A stretch of DNA of 63,096 bases, the filler included, from Octopus bimaculoides (taxonomy: Eukaryota): the NCBI RefSeq assembly GCF_001194135.2. It is 7 parts of 7 records of this genome, joined end to end, with 100 filler letters (N's around TTAATTAATTAA, not from the genome) between each part and the next. Parts side by side here need not be neighbours in the genome. Positions count along the whole stretch, not along the records: positions 32,635 to 50,715 come from NC_069002.1; positions 50,816 to 55,735 come from NC_068991.1; positions 55,836 to 58,787 come from NW_026421745.1; positions 58,888 to 60,192 come from NW_026361031.1; positions 60,293 to 63,096 come from NC_068981.1; 2 more parts are not named here. One strand, given 5' to 3'. Of the stretch, positions 48,675 to 60,480 are shown one piece after another. The notes below the pieces were generated by a model. The model made no database searches, had not been told where the DNA came from, and saw only the letters and a list, made by a program, of their open reading frames with translations. Position 1 is the first letter of the stretch, and every line of letters begins with the position of its first letter. Position numbers and translations under genes: made by a program.

Positions 48675-48872
48675 GTGTGTATGCGTGTGTGTGTGTGTGT
48701 ATGCGTGTGTGTGTATGTGTTTGTGTGTCTGTGTTTGTCCCTCCAACATCGCTTGACAACCGATGGTGGTGTGTTTACGTCCCCGTTACTTAGTGGTTCT
48801 GCAAAAGACAACGATAGAAGAAGTACTAGACTTACAAAAAATAAGTCCTGGGATAGATTTGCTCGACTAAAG
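48675..48872 (+). mobile_element. SINE family B, 3' half
   Basis: caacatcgcttgacaaccgatggtggtgtgtttacgtccccgt..aataagtcctggg..gctcgactaaaggc. Confidence 0.85.
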
Positions 48873-49895
48873 GCATGTATTTATATATATATGTATATAT
48901 ATGTATACGTATAACGAAGTGATGGCGCAAAGCAGTGTTTACGTATGATCACATTTTAGGTTAGTTGAAATATGTTTGTCACATAGTTCACCTGCTAAAA
49001 GCAAATACACTGCAGTTACCGTGGAGAAAAAAATATATATCTCATACAGACAGGATTGTAATATTTCGAACGCAGTATAGCTGTGAAAATATCAGTCATT
49101 GGGTATTTTACCCTGACAAAACGGAAAAAGTTGTTTGTTGACATCGATACAATTCATATGCAACGCTTCCAAAATCCCAAAAAGTATTTGTCTACATGTG
49201 TGTTGTTGCATATATGTATATATATATATATATCTATATATNNNNNNNNNNNNNNNNNNNNNNNNNNNNNNNNNNNNNNNNNNNNNNNNNNNNNNNNNNN
49301 NNNNNNNNNNNNNNNNNNNNNNNNNNNNNNNNNNNNNNNNNNNNNNNNNNNNNNNNNNNNNNNNNNNNNNNNNNNNNNNNNNNNNNNNNNNNNNNNNNNN
49401 NNNNNNNNNNNNNNNNNNNNNNNNNNNNNNNNNNNNNNNNNNNNNNNNNNNNNNNNNNNNNNNNNNNNNNNNNNNNNNNNNNNNNNNNNNNNNNNNNNNN
49501 NNNNNNNNNNNNNNNNNNNNNNNNNNNNNNNNNNNNNNNNNNNNNNNNNNNNNNNNNNNNNNNNNNNNNNNNNNNNNNNNNNNNNNNNNNNNNNNNNNNN
49601 NNNNNNNNNNNNNNNNNNNNNNNNNNNNNNNNNNNNNNNNNNNNNNNNNNNNNNNNNNNNNNNNNNNNNNNNNNNNNNNNNNNNNNNNNNNNNNNNNNNN
49701 NNNNNNNNNNNNNNNNNNNNNNNNNNNNNNNNNNNNNNNNNNNNNNNNNNNNNNNNNNNNNNNNNNNNNNNNNNNNNNNNNNNNNNNNNNNNNNNNNNNN
49801 NNNNNNNNNNNNNNNNNNNNNNNNNNNNNNNNNNNNNNNNNNNNNNNNNNNNNNNNNNNNNNNNNNNNNNNNNNNNNNNNNNNNNNNNNNNNNNN

Positions 49896-49958
<63 letters not shown>

Positions 49959-49971
49959 ATATACATATATG

Positions 49972-50120
49972 TACCACGGGCTTCTTTGAGTTTCCGTCTA
50001 CTAAATCCATTCACAAGGCTTTGGTCGGCCCGAAGCTATAGTAAAAGAAAATTACGCAAAGTGCTACGCAGTGGGACTGAAACCGGAGCCATGTGGTTGG
50101 TAAGCAAGTTACTACTCCTA
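49972..50120 (-). mobile_element. SINE family B, 5' half
   Basis: acgggcttctttgagtttccgtctac..cacaaggctttggtcggccc..gcagtgggactgaaacc. Confidence 0.85.
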
Positions 50121-50829
50121 CTACTATTTCTATCTATCTATCTATCTATATATATATATATATGTAAATATACATTTGTGAATGTGACTGTTTGTAATTT
50201 TATTTACAGTTTATATATTCCAGATATTCGGTATAAATGTATCTCTATTTTTCTTTGATGTAATATTTATATGATTACATTTTCATATTTACAGTATACA
50301 GTATTATAATACCTAACTACTAAAACTATTCGTATGTTTACTCTCATTAACACTCACCAATACTCATCTCGCTCTTCCCGTATCACTTGCAAAACTCACT
50401 TTTACTAACTACTACTAAGTTTAGAATCTATTAGTGAATTATGTTCCGTGTGATTTTCTTACCAATTCCTAACTTACATAATTCTATACTCTAAATCAGT
50501 TTTTCCCAATTCTTTTGTATAAATTCCAATCAAATTCACGCCAAACATTGTCACCAACAGATGAAGACACTTGTTAATCTCTAATCATGTGATATTTGGA
50601 AGAAAACCAATTTCTTATATGCACACAAATATTCTATGTATAATTTTATACAAATATATATTATATACACGTCTATTGAAATATATATATGATTATATAC
50701 ATATATGATTATATANNNNNNNNNNNNNNNNNNNNNNNNNNNNNNNNNNNNNNNNNNNNTTAATTAATTAANNNNNNNNNNNNNNNNNNNNNNNNNNNNN
50801 NNNNNNNNNNNNNNNTATATATATACATA

Positions 50830-52003
50830 CAGGGTGACCCAAAAAATGTATACATACTTTAACAGCTGATAACTCAATGTTAACGCATTTGAAGTTTAAA
50901 CAGTTTAGGAGTGAGTTTCAAGCAGATCCGCCATCGCGACTTACCATCACTCGAATTAGAGATAAGTTTGAATCCGATGGAACTGTTCAGAATGTCCAGG
51001 AAAAAACGTTTCGGAAGACCACGAACATCGACAACCCCCCCCCCCCATAAAGCAAGAAGGAGTACTGGAAATGTATCACCAAAGTTCAAGAAAATCTGTG
51101 CGGCAAGCGAGTCGTGAGGCAGGTAACTCAAAATCGTCTGTCCAACGCATTTTGAAGCGTCATCAAGGGAAAAGTTGCGTTCCAAGATTATCTCATGTTA
51201 TTGATGACGATGATCTAGACCGAAGAGTACAGTATTGCGAGTGGTACTTGGCACGATGTGTAGAAGATGCACACTTTCCAAAAATGATTAGGCGGAGTGA
51301 TGAGGCCACACTCAAATTAAATGGTTCAAATAACCACCACAGTTGCACATACTGGGTACCTGAGAATCTGCATATTATGGTGGAACACCATGTTAATTTA
51401 CCAAAAGTTACAGTATGATGTGGCTTATCATCAAGAGGATTGATTGGACCTTTCTTTTTTTATGCTACTGCGACTGGTCCCGTTTACTTGAACTTGCTGT
51501 AACAGTCTGTCATGCCAAGCATTAGAGAAGACTTTGAAGATGAGGAGTTTCATTTTCAGCAAGATTGGGCATTCCCACACTACCATCGCTATGTTAGATC
51601 CTTCCTTGATGAGATCCTGCCAAACAGGTGAATTGCACGAAGGAGTTTCGTTGAATACCATCCGCGTTCACCAGACCTCAAACCACTAGACTGTTTCTTT
51701 TTATGTGGATACCTAAAAATCAAAGTCTACGCTATGAAACCCGCAACAGTCGCTGATTTGAGGGCAACTAATGAACGAGAATTCACACAAATACCAAACG
51801 AATTGTTTCGTGATGTTTGTGATTCCATTGCTTCCTGTTGTCAACAGTGCCTGGACCAGAACGGACGTCAATTTGAAAATAAGAGTTGACAAAACAATAA
51901 AATAATGTCTGTAGATTCCATTAAATTTTGTAAATGAAATGTATTTTAATAAACACCTATTTACAACTATTTAAAGTGTGTGTACGTTTTTTGGGACACC
52001 CTG
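50830..52003 (+). mobile_element. Full-length Tc1/mariner DD41D (rosa/Visitor-type) transposon, disrupted
   Basis: 33-bp TIRs cagggtg.cccaaaaaa.gta.aca.actttaa with TA on both sides, 1174 bp; SDEA, FQQD, RSPDLKPLD with 41 residues between the 2nd and 3rd D; stops at 51416, 51500, 51629; N-terminal frameshifts. Confidence 0.92.
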
Positions 52004-52305
52004 TATATATGAAACAAATCGTTTCCTGAATTCGTAGCCAAGATTTGAAACCGAATTACTAGCCTAACGAAATTAAAAACAACTAAAAATATATATCTTA
52101 TAGTTCGACTCTTTGCAATAATATAATCAGTGCTTTTTTAAAAACACACTCTTCAGTTAGGGGAAAATAAAAGAGCTTTGAGTTTAAATATTATGATGAA
52201 TGTCTCCCAGCCTAGCCGCACTCTAACGACTGAAACAGGTAAAAAAATAAAAGATAGAGACTTGGGACAACGAATGCATAAGCCAAGCTGTGGAACTATT
52301 TTATT

Positions 52306-52434
52306 CTTTTATTCTTTTACATGTTTCAGTCATTTGACTGCAGCCATGCCGGAGCACCTCCTTTAGTCGAACAAATCCACCCCAGGACTTATTCTTTGTA
52401 AGCCTAGTATTTATTCTGTCGGTTTCTTTTCTTC

Positions 52435-52485
<51 letters not shown>

Positions 52486-52645
52486 GACGGGCTTCTTTCA
52501 GTTTCCGTCTACCCAATCCACTCACAAGGCTTTGGTCGACCCAAGGCTATAGTAGAAGGCACTTGCCCAAGCTGCCACGCAATGGGACTGAACCCACAAC
52601 CATGTGGTTAGGAAGCAAGGTTCTTAACACACAGTCAGTCATGCG
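52306..52645 (-). mobile_element. SINE family B with middle replaced by (TA)n
   Basis: Both family B ends are present. Confidence 0.88.
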
Positions 52646-52937
52646 CCTATATGAATGAAACTATCTAAACTATCTGAACGATCGTTCAGATTTTATCATT
52701 TTGTTCCTCATACACACGATTAAGCAAATCTCTTACCTTTTAGCAAGTGTAGTGTAAAAAAATGAGGAAATGCCCTCGACAAAAAACATTATTGCAGAGT
52801 TGAGATAAACACTTCCCACCAGAATGTCCGGCATTAGCAATATACTGTTCAGTGATGCCACATCTACTGCACTATAAAATAACAAAAATTAGGTATACAT
52901 ATACTTGCGTAATTTAATTTATATATATATATATATA

Positions 52938-53114
52938 TAATCATGTAGAGAATGGAGAAACAAACACAGGAAGAAGCAGGTCAATCGCGCTAGTTAGCCA
53001 TTGATTTAACTATGTAACATTACATAATGTCCACATAATTAATTAAATCAATGGCTAACTAGCGCAATTGACCTGCTTCTTCCTATGTTTGTTTCTCCAT
53101 TCTCCACATAATTA
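52938..53114. mobile_element. Fold-back/MITE-like element with 72-bp inverted arms
   Basis: 52938-53009 versus the reverse complement of 53043-53114: 4 mismatches; TA-rich flanks. Confidence 0.75.
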
Positions 53115-53715
53115 TAATTATAAACTGCGGTTTAAACAATAAATTACCTGCCTCTGGATACCTTCTAACAAAGACGGTACCCACACAGGTAATCTCCAGG
53201 AATGCCTTCGGATTTAATTATCCCCAGGCTGCTTAAACACTTCAGCCTATCCCTTAAATGTTTAAACAATCTTATCATATATNNNNNNNNNNNNNNNNNN
53301 NNNNNNNNNNNNNNNNNNNNNNNNNNNNNNNNNNNNNNNNNNNNNNNNNNNNNNNNNNNNNNNNNNNNNNNNNNNNNNNNNNNNNNNNNNNNNNNNNNNN
53401 NNNNNNNNNNNNNNNNNNNNNNNNNNNNNNNNNNNNNNNNNNNNNNNNNNNNNNNNNNNNNNNNNNNNNNNNNNNNNNNNNNNNNNNNNNNNNNNNNNNN
53501 NNNNNNNNNNNNNNNNNNNNNNNNNNNNNNNNNNNNNNNNNNNNNNNNNNNNNNNNNNNNNNNNNNNNNNNNNNNNNNNNNNNNNNNNNNNNNNNNNNNN
53601 NNNNNNNNNNATGTATGTATATATGTATGTGTATGTATGTATATATGTATGTTTGTATATACAAATGTGTGTATGTATATACATATGTATGCATGTATGT
53701 GTGTGTATGTATATA

Positions 53716-54587
53716 AGGATAAGCAAGTTAGACAGGTCAATATGCAAATTATATTAAATACGTAAAATACAAACAATGTATATACGTTTACATATTTTGT
53801 TGTAGTGTAGCTACTATTTTGTTGTCTTCATATATATTCAGTGGTTTGAAGATGTGTCCATCGGATATGATATAATTAAGTTGACTAATATGTTGTGTGT
53901 GATGAATATGTGTTTTCCAATTAAACTCATTTCTTTTTGCTGTTGGTAGAATGACAAGAATAGTCAAATGCCTTTTGGGAGAGAAGTGTAGAAAAGATCA
54001 ATTTCAAAGATACTTTCAGTCAATTCTCTTTTTATTTCACTGATATATATAATTAGAATTACGTAAATACTCCCCTCGTCAATGAAAAGAAACCGTGTTA
54101 TTTCTAGTTTTTGTCTAAAAGTTTATCTGTCAAGAAGTGATAAGAATTATATTGTTAATCTATTCCATCGAAACTACACAAGAGAAAGAGTTAGGTTTAT
54201 GACTTAAGGTCATTATAGGAAAGTATAACGTTTCATATCATTAGTGCAGGAACGCCAAAATACAACAAGGACTGTATGTGAGTTTGAGTGACATAGCTTC
54301 CATGGCTTTTATAACTTCCCTTGGAAGTTTCTGGAAGCGTTCCGAAATATCAGTTAGAATAATTCTGACTAAAACCTAGAATGATTTTGGCTGAAATCTT
54401 TTCAACCAATGAGAGAACTTGTTTCAGATTAGCTTAGTTTTCATTTTCTATAAGCCGTCAAGTAAAATAGTTACACATACAAAAAGGTCCGACTTACACA
54501 GAATAGAAGTGATATTAAGAATTATAGAGGTTGAAGAAATGTATTACAAATCCAGAGGTACTTTGACCTGCCTAACTTGCTTATCCT
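53716..54587. mobile_element. Candidate non-autonomous DNA transposon (25-bp TIR, TA flanks)
   Basis: aggataagcaagttagacaggtcaa ... ttgacctgcctaacttgcttatcct (24/25), TA outside both ends, no ORF inside. Confidence 0.45.
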
Positions 54588-54699
54588 TACCTTTACTTGA
54601 GCACTACTAAGTACATTTTATATGGAGAATATCTTATTCTCATCTTTGAACTATATACCTTTTGCTCTGATGAGCGCTTCTTATAGCTAAGACTCTTAG

Positions 54700-55735
54700 G
54701 CACGTCTACAAAAAAAATCCTATCTCACCTAGGGATATTTACATGGAACTCCTACTACATAAAACTAATTGTTTCATCACTCGAAACAAGTGGAGAGCCC
54801 TATACTATGATCTTAAATCTAGTAACTCTGAAACTTCCAAGAAAAATGACTCTTACGATCTAAAGTCCCACAAAAACACACCCCAAATCCTACATTGACT
54901 AATTTTAAGAAAGATCTGCTACCTATGATAATAAAACATTAAATTCTCTAATTCCTGCCAGAAAGAACTATCCTAAATTACATCACCATAAAGACAAAAC
55001 TGGAAACTTTACTCCCTCCCCTTGGAAATGTATACTAACCTCATATCAAAAGAACTAAACACAAATTATAAACATGCTCTTAATGAAATTAACAACATCC
55101 ATTGTAAGCTCGTCGCTGATATAAATTTAGTAAATAGAACTGAACCATATACACTTAAACCCCACCACTCCACCTTGAAGGACCACAAACCCAACTTCTC
55201 CACTAACCCTTCTTTTAGACTCATCTGCCCCACAAAATCCGCCTTGGGTCGAATTAGTAAATGCATTATCGACCGTATTCTACCCCTAATTAGGACTAAC
55301 GTTAAGTTTCCACTCTGGAATTGCACCGTTGACGTCATCACTTGATTTCACTCTCTTCTTGATAAGCAACACACCCACTTCCTTCAGCTTGACATCTCAA
55401 ATTATTATTCCTCAATAATCCCAATTCTCTTAAATAAAGCCTTAATCTTCGGCCGAAAATACGAACCCATCTCTCGATCTGACATCGATATTATCCTGGC
55501 TGCGAGGAAGACACTAATTCACTTTAAGGATAATAATTGGACCCGCAATTCATCTACGGATTTCTTCGATATAACCATGGGCGCATCGGACTCAGCCAAG
55601 GTTACTGGCCGAGTTGGCCTAATCTTTCTCTCCGAAATTAAACAATATTTCCTTAACCTCTCCAGTGGACTATACAAAGATGATGCACTCCTTTCAGCGA
55701 CTGGATCTTATTGACCGTCTGTGGAACCCACCAAG
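54700..55735 (+). mobile_element. Penelope-like element, N-terminus plus reverse transcriptase, disrupted
   Basis: TLKDHKPNFSTNPSFRLICPTKS.LGRISK...FLQLDISNYYSSI...FDITMGASDSAKV...GLYKDDAL. Confidence 0.85.
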
Positions 55736-56024
55736 NNNNNNNNNNNNNNNNNNNNNNNNNNNNNNNNNNNNNNNNNNNNTTAATTAATTAANNNNNNNNN
55801 NNNNNNNNNNNNNNNNNNNNNNNNNNNNNNNNNNNACCACCCGCATAGTAAGTCTATGTATGTACATACGTAGTAAGTATATATACAAAGGTGTGTATAT
55901 ATATAGATATATAAAAATATATTTATATTCATACACACACACATATGTATGTATTAATATATAGAAACCTGTCTATATCTATGTGCTTTTATGTATATAT
56001 CTACATATATACATATGTGTGTGT

Positions 56025-56210
56025 AAGGTGAGCTGGCAGCAGAATCGTTAGCACACAAGGCAAAATGCTTGGTGCATTTCGTTCGACTTGATGTTCTGAG
56101 TTCTAATTCCAGGAAGGTTGAAATTTAGGTTCAATGAACTCTGGGACTGATGTCATCAACTTAACCCTCTCCCCTTTATTGCTGGCCTTGTGCCAAAATT
56201 TGAAACCAGT
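56025..56210 (+). mobile_element. SINE family A, diverged
   Basis: aaggtgagctggcagcagaatcgttagcac..ctgagttctaattcc..ggccttgtgccaaaatttgaaacc. Confidence 0.75.
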
Positions 56211-56654
56211 AAATATATACATGCATACAGGTAAGCCGTTTATGTTTATGCCTTGCCCCAATACAATCTGTTCCCTCACCTCCCCCACCACAACACACTA
56301 TTCCAACTCCTTCCTTTCTTCCACCCATGATCACCCCCCAACCTCTGCATGCTCCTCNNNNNNNNNNNNNNNNNNNNNNNNNNNNNNNNNNNNNNNNNNN
56401 NNNNNNNNNNNNNNNNNNNNNNNNNNNNNNNNNNNNNNNNNNNNNNNNNNNNNNNNNNNNNNNNNNNNNNNNNNNNNNNNNNNNNNNNNNNNNNNNNNNN
56501 NNNNNNNNNNNNNNNNNNNNNNNNNNNNNNNNNNNNNNNNNNNNNNNNNNNNNNNNNNNNNNNNNNNNNNNNNNNNNNNNNNNNNNNNNNNNNNNNNNNN
56601 NNNNNNNNNNNNNNNNNNNNNNNNNNNNNNNNNNNNNNNNNNNNNNNNNNTGAC

Positions 56655-56840
56655 ACGTAAAAGCACCTACTACACTCTGTGAGTGGTTGGCGTTAGGAAG
56701 GGCATCCAGCTGTAGAAACTCTGCCAAATTTAGATTGGAGCCTGGTGTTGCCATCCGGTTTCACCAGTCCTCAGTCAAATCGTCCAACCCATGCTAGCAT
56801 GGAAAGCGGACATTAAACGATGATGATGATGATGATGATG
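56655..56840 (+). mobile_element. Family D (RTE-type) 3' end with (GAT)n tail
   Basis: gtggttggcgttaggaagggcatccagctgtagaaac...tcgtccaacccatgctagcatggaaagcggacattaaacgatgatgatg. Confidence 0.8.
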
Positions 56841-56984
56841 AATCTTTCAAACGGGGACAGCCAAGTATCTCCTACAATACGACCCCTATCTCTACCCTAT
56901 TATGCATTCACCTCTCCACTGGCACAAACCCACCTCCCTCAGTGCTACTCTTCCCTTCCTGTTGAGACGTCTTCATCTTGCAAG

Positions 56985-57130
56985 TGACTCAGTGGAGCCA
57001 TGTTAAAGGCACTTCTATGAAGTGGTTGGCATCTGGAAGGGTATCCAGCCATAGAAACCAATGCAATGTGGCTAACACAGCCTGGTGCAGTCCTATGGCA
57101 AACTGTCCACCCCCATAGCAGAACAGAAAG
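56985..57130 (+). mobile_element. Family D fragment, diverged
   Basis: gtggttggcatctggaagggtatccagccatagaaacc..cctggtgcagtcc..ctgtccacccc. Confidence 0.6.
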
Positions 57131-57166
57131 TGGACTTTTCATACACACACACACATTCACACATAC

Positions 57167-57203
<37 letters not shown>

Positions 57204-57221
57204 CATANNNNNNNNNNATAC

Positions 57222-57252
<31 letters not shown>

Positions 57253-57399
57253 CACACATACATACATGCATACAGACGGACGGATCACATGAACGACAAG
57301 ACTATCCAATGTTGCTGCACATCACTGGTCACAATTCACTTTGCATTGTTTTAGCCATCGAATGACCCCACCCCTCGGGCTAGGCAAGCAAACCATCAC

Positions 57400-57555
57400 T
57401 CTCTATGCCACCGATGTTATCCAACGGAAAGGCAAACTGGAGTAATGTGAAATAAAGTGTCTTGCCCAAGAACACAACACACAGCCCACTCTGGGAATCG
57501 AACTCACTATCTCATGATTGTGGAACCGATGCTCTGACTACTGAGCCATGCACCT
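57400..57555 (-). mobile_element. tRNA-derived SINE (family C-like), 5' part
   Basis: Reverse complement tggctcagtagtcagagc A-box, gagttcgattccc B-box, cttgggcaagacactttatttcac. Confidence 0.75.
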
Positions 57556-57614
57556 GCACACACACACACACATACATATACATATATATATATATAAATG
57601 CGTGTGTGTGTGTG

Positions 57615-57797
57615 CAGGAGAGTCTCTCTACTCTGGATCCAAGAGAGGGACCAGCAATCCGAATAGACAGCAGCATGGTAGATAAAACCATGAAGGATAT
57701 GAAGACCAGGAAAGGCCCTGGCCCCTCAAGAATCACCTCTGAAATGCTTAAAATATCTGGTGGTGTGGCATAAGGCAGCCCTTAAATGATGATGATG
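57615..57797 (+). mobile_element. RTE ORF fragment joined to a (GAT)n tail
   Basis: EGPAIRIDSSMVDKTMKDMKTRKGPGPSRITSEMLKISG (same family as 15532-15824), then ttaaatgatgatgatg. Confidence 0.7.
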
Positions 57798-58344
57798 CAC
57801 ACACACACACACACACATAATTATAGATATCTATGCAGACAGGTATATATAGCCCAGTGGAGGGGGGCTTCTCACAAGCATTTCCTGTAAGGAGAATTCC
57901 CTTCCTGAGAGAATCTACACAGCAAAGGTCTTTGCATGTCTGTGTACAGAAACCTATTAAATATAATACATCTTTAAACAGAACACATATTTCAATCAAC
58001 ANNNNNNNNNNNNNNNNNNNNNNNNNNNNNNNNNNNNNNNNNNNNNNNNNNNNNNNNNNNNNNNNNNNNNNNNNNNNNNNNNNNNNNNNNNNNNNNNNNN
58101 NNNNNNNNNNNNNNNNNNNNNNNNNNNNNNNNNNNNNNNNNNNNNNNNNNNNNNNNNNNNNNNNNNNNNNNNNNNNNNNNNNNNNNNNNNNNNNNNNNNN
58201 NNNNNNNNNNNNNNNNNNNNNNNNNNNNNNNNNNNNNNNNNNNNNNNNNNNNNNNNNNNNNNNNNNNNNNNNNNNNNNNNNNNNNNNNNNNNNNNNNNNN
58301 NNNNNNNNNNNNNNNNNNNNNNNNNNNNNNNNNNNNNNNNNNNT

Positions 58345-58420
58345 ATCTCTTACTTGCTTCACTCGTTTGACTGCGGCCATGCTGGGGCACAGCCTTGAAG
58401 AATTTTTAGTCAAAGAAATC
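58345..58420 (-). mobile_element. SINE family B 3' tail
   Basis: ctcttacttgcttcactcgtttgactgcggccatgctggggcacagccttgaag. Confidence 0.75.
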
Positions 58421-58686
58421 AACCACCACAATTTATTCCTTATTCTATCGGTCTCTTTAGGGTTCATGTTTCCCTTAATTTTCCAAATTGCAAGAGTAAT
58501 TTATAGATGCCTTTTATGTGTATCTAGAGCCATTTATTTATGATCCCTTCGAAAACCCTCATTAAATTAGATTATTTCATTTTCAGTTTCCTTTAGGTTT
58601 CATGTGTTCTTTTATACGACCAGCCTATATATGTATATATAATATATATATATTTCACACACACACATGTATATATGTATGCATTT

Positions 58687-58723
<37 letters not shown>

Positions 58724-58751
58724 CATACATATATACATTTTATATATGTAT

Positions 58752-58787
<36 letters not shown>

Positions 58788-59999
58788 NNNNNNNNNNNNN
58801 NNNNNNNNNNNNNNNNNNNNNNNNNNNNNNNTTAATTAATTAANNNNNNNNNNNNNNNNNNNNNNNNNNNNNNNNNNNNNNNNNNNNTATATATATATAT
58901 ATATATACATACATATATATATAAACATATATATACACACATATATATAGAAACAAATATATACATACTGCGATTTTCGACCGGGGAAAAAAAAAAGTAT
59001 CTTAATAACTTTTGAGTGGAAACGTAACAAGACAAATTTACAGAAAACCCATCTGGAATATACATATAGAAGGGAAAAACAGAAGAAGTAAAAGCCCTTA
59101 CGAATATACAAAACGTAAACAATGTCTTGTATTGAGCAGCACATGGTATCACCATAACTGGAAAAGAAGTTTAAAATCTTCCACTGCCTTGGAAATACCC
59201 ATCTCTCTTTGGAAAAACTAGATAAGTATCTTTGTGTTCTGTTGTTTTTCTGTCGTTTATTGAAAGCTTATTATTAGGGGGAAATAGAAGGTTAAATTTA
59301 CATAAGGTCTTTTCTGTTTTGCTTTTAACTTACGAGATTATTGATTATTGTAGAGAGGTTTAACTTTTATTATTCCTGACTTAAGAGAATTTCTGTAGTT
59401 ACAGATATATAATTGTTTGTTCCTTTATTTATTTTTCCCTATCCAAGTCGAATCCTTTTCAAGAGTTTGCATAACTTCTCTCTCTCTCTCTCTTCTCCAT
59501 CATACCGTCTTTTCCTCTTTTTCTATTGCTTCTCTCTAAATACGTAGATATACCCTCTCTCTATTTCTTTACTTCACGCCATCATCCCATAATTCTTCTC
59601 CCAGACCCTTGATCTCTCTTCTACTGTTCTCTCCCTCTCTATTTCATCTCTATAAATACATAGACACACCCACACTCTCTCTTTCTCTTTACTTTTCTCC
59701 ATCACACCGTCCTTCTCTCAGACCCTCAACCTCCCTAAATACATACTCCACTCTCTCTCTGTCTTTTCACTTCTCTCCATCACACCTCTTTCTCTGTCTT
59801 TTCACTTCTCTCTGTCACAACGTCTTTCCTCTCAGCCTCTCAATCTTCCTAAATATATAGACACGAACATTATTTCTCTCTCTTCTCTCAGCCACTCAAT
59901 TTCTCTAAATATAGACACTTTCTTTCTCTATTTCTTCACTACCCTCCATCACACTGTTAAAATTTTAAAAATAGATAGATATATTAATAAATTAACCAC

Positions 60000-60190
60000 A
60001 AAAATGTCCAGAACCTGGAAGAGCATGGAATTGGTATTGTTTTTGAGAGCCTGGTGCTGTGCTGAAGGAGAAAACCCAAACAACATAATCACTGCTGCAC
60101 TGAAGAGCAATGGTTACACCAGAACATTAGCAAAAATAGAATGAAAGAAGCAGGAGTTTACACGTTCCTATGCTCTCATAAGATCCCATA
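60000..60190 (+). mobile_element. Possible Penelope-like RT thumb fragment
   Basis: LFLRAWCCAEGE...AALKSNGYTRTL resembles the L..RA...C...L..NGYP motif. Confidence 0.35.
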
Positions 60191-60309
60191 TCNNNNNNNN
60201 NNNNNNNNNNNNNNNNNNNNNNNNNNNNNNNNNNNNTTAATTAATTAANNNNNNNNNNNNNNNNNNNNNNNNNNNNNNNNNNNNNNNNNNNNTATATGCT
60301 ACATATGTG

Positions 60310-60480
60310 GAAAATCGGTGTGTGTTTGTGGCGTTGTTAGCTAACTCCTTCTACATCGTTTTATTGATTTTGATGAAGCTTGGCACGTGAGTAGAACTAA
60401 TGTCTGGAAACCTCGTGACATACTTAGATTGTTGAAAAATCGATAATACGGCCCGGCCCCTAGAAGGGATCTTTATATCA
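60310..60480 (+). mobile_element. Possible Helitron/Helentron-associated non-autonomous repeat fragment
   Basis: aactccttctacatcgttttattgattttgatgaagcttggcac resembles the ccgattttgatgaaacttgg motif of such elements; recalled similarity only. Confidence 0.3.

Noticed and set aside
54660-54700. CTGATGA upstream of the PLE ORF as a hammerhead
   Set aside because: Position is suggestive, but no GAAA follows and the stems do not close
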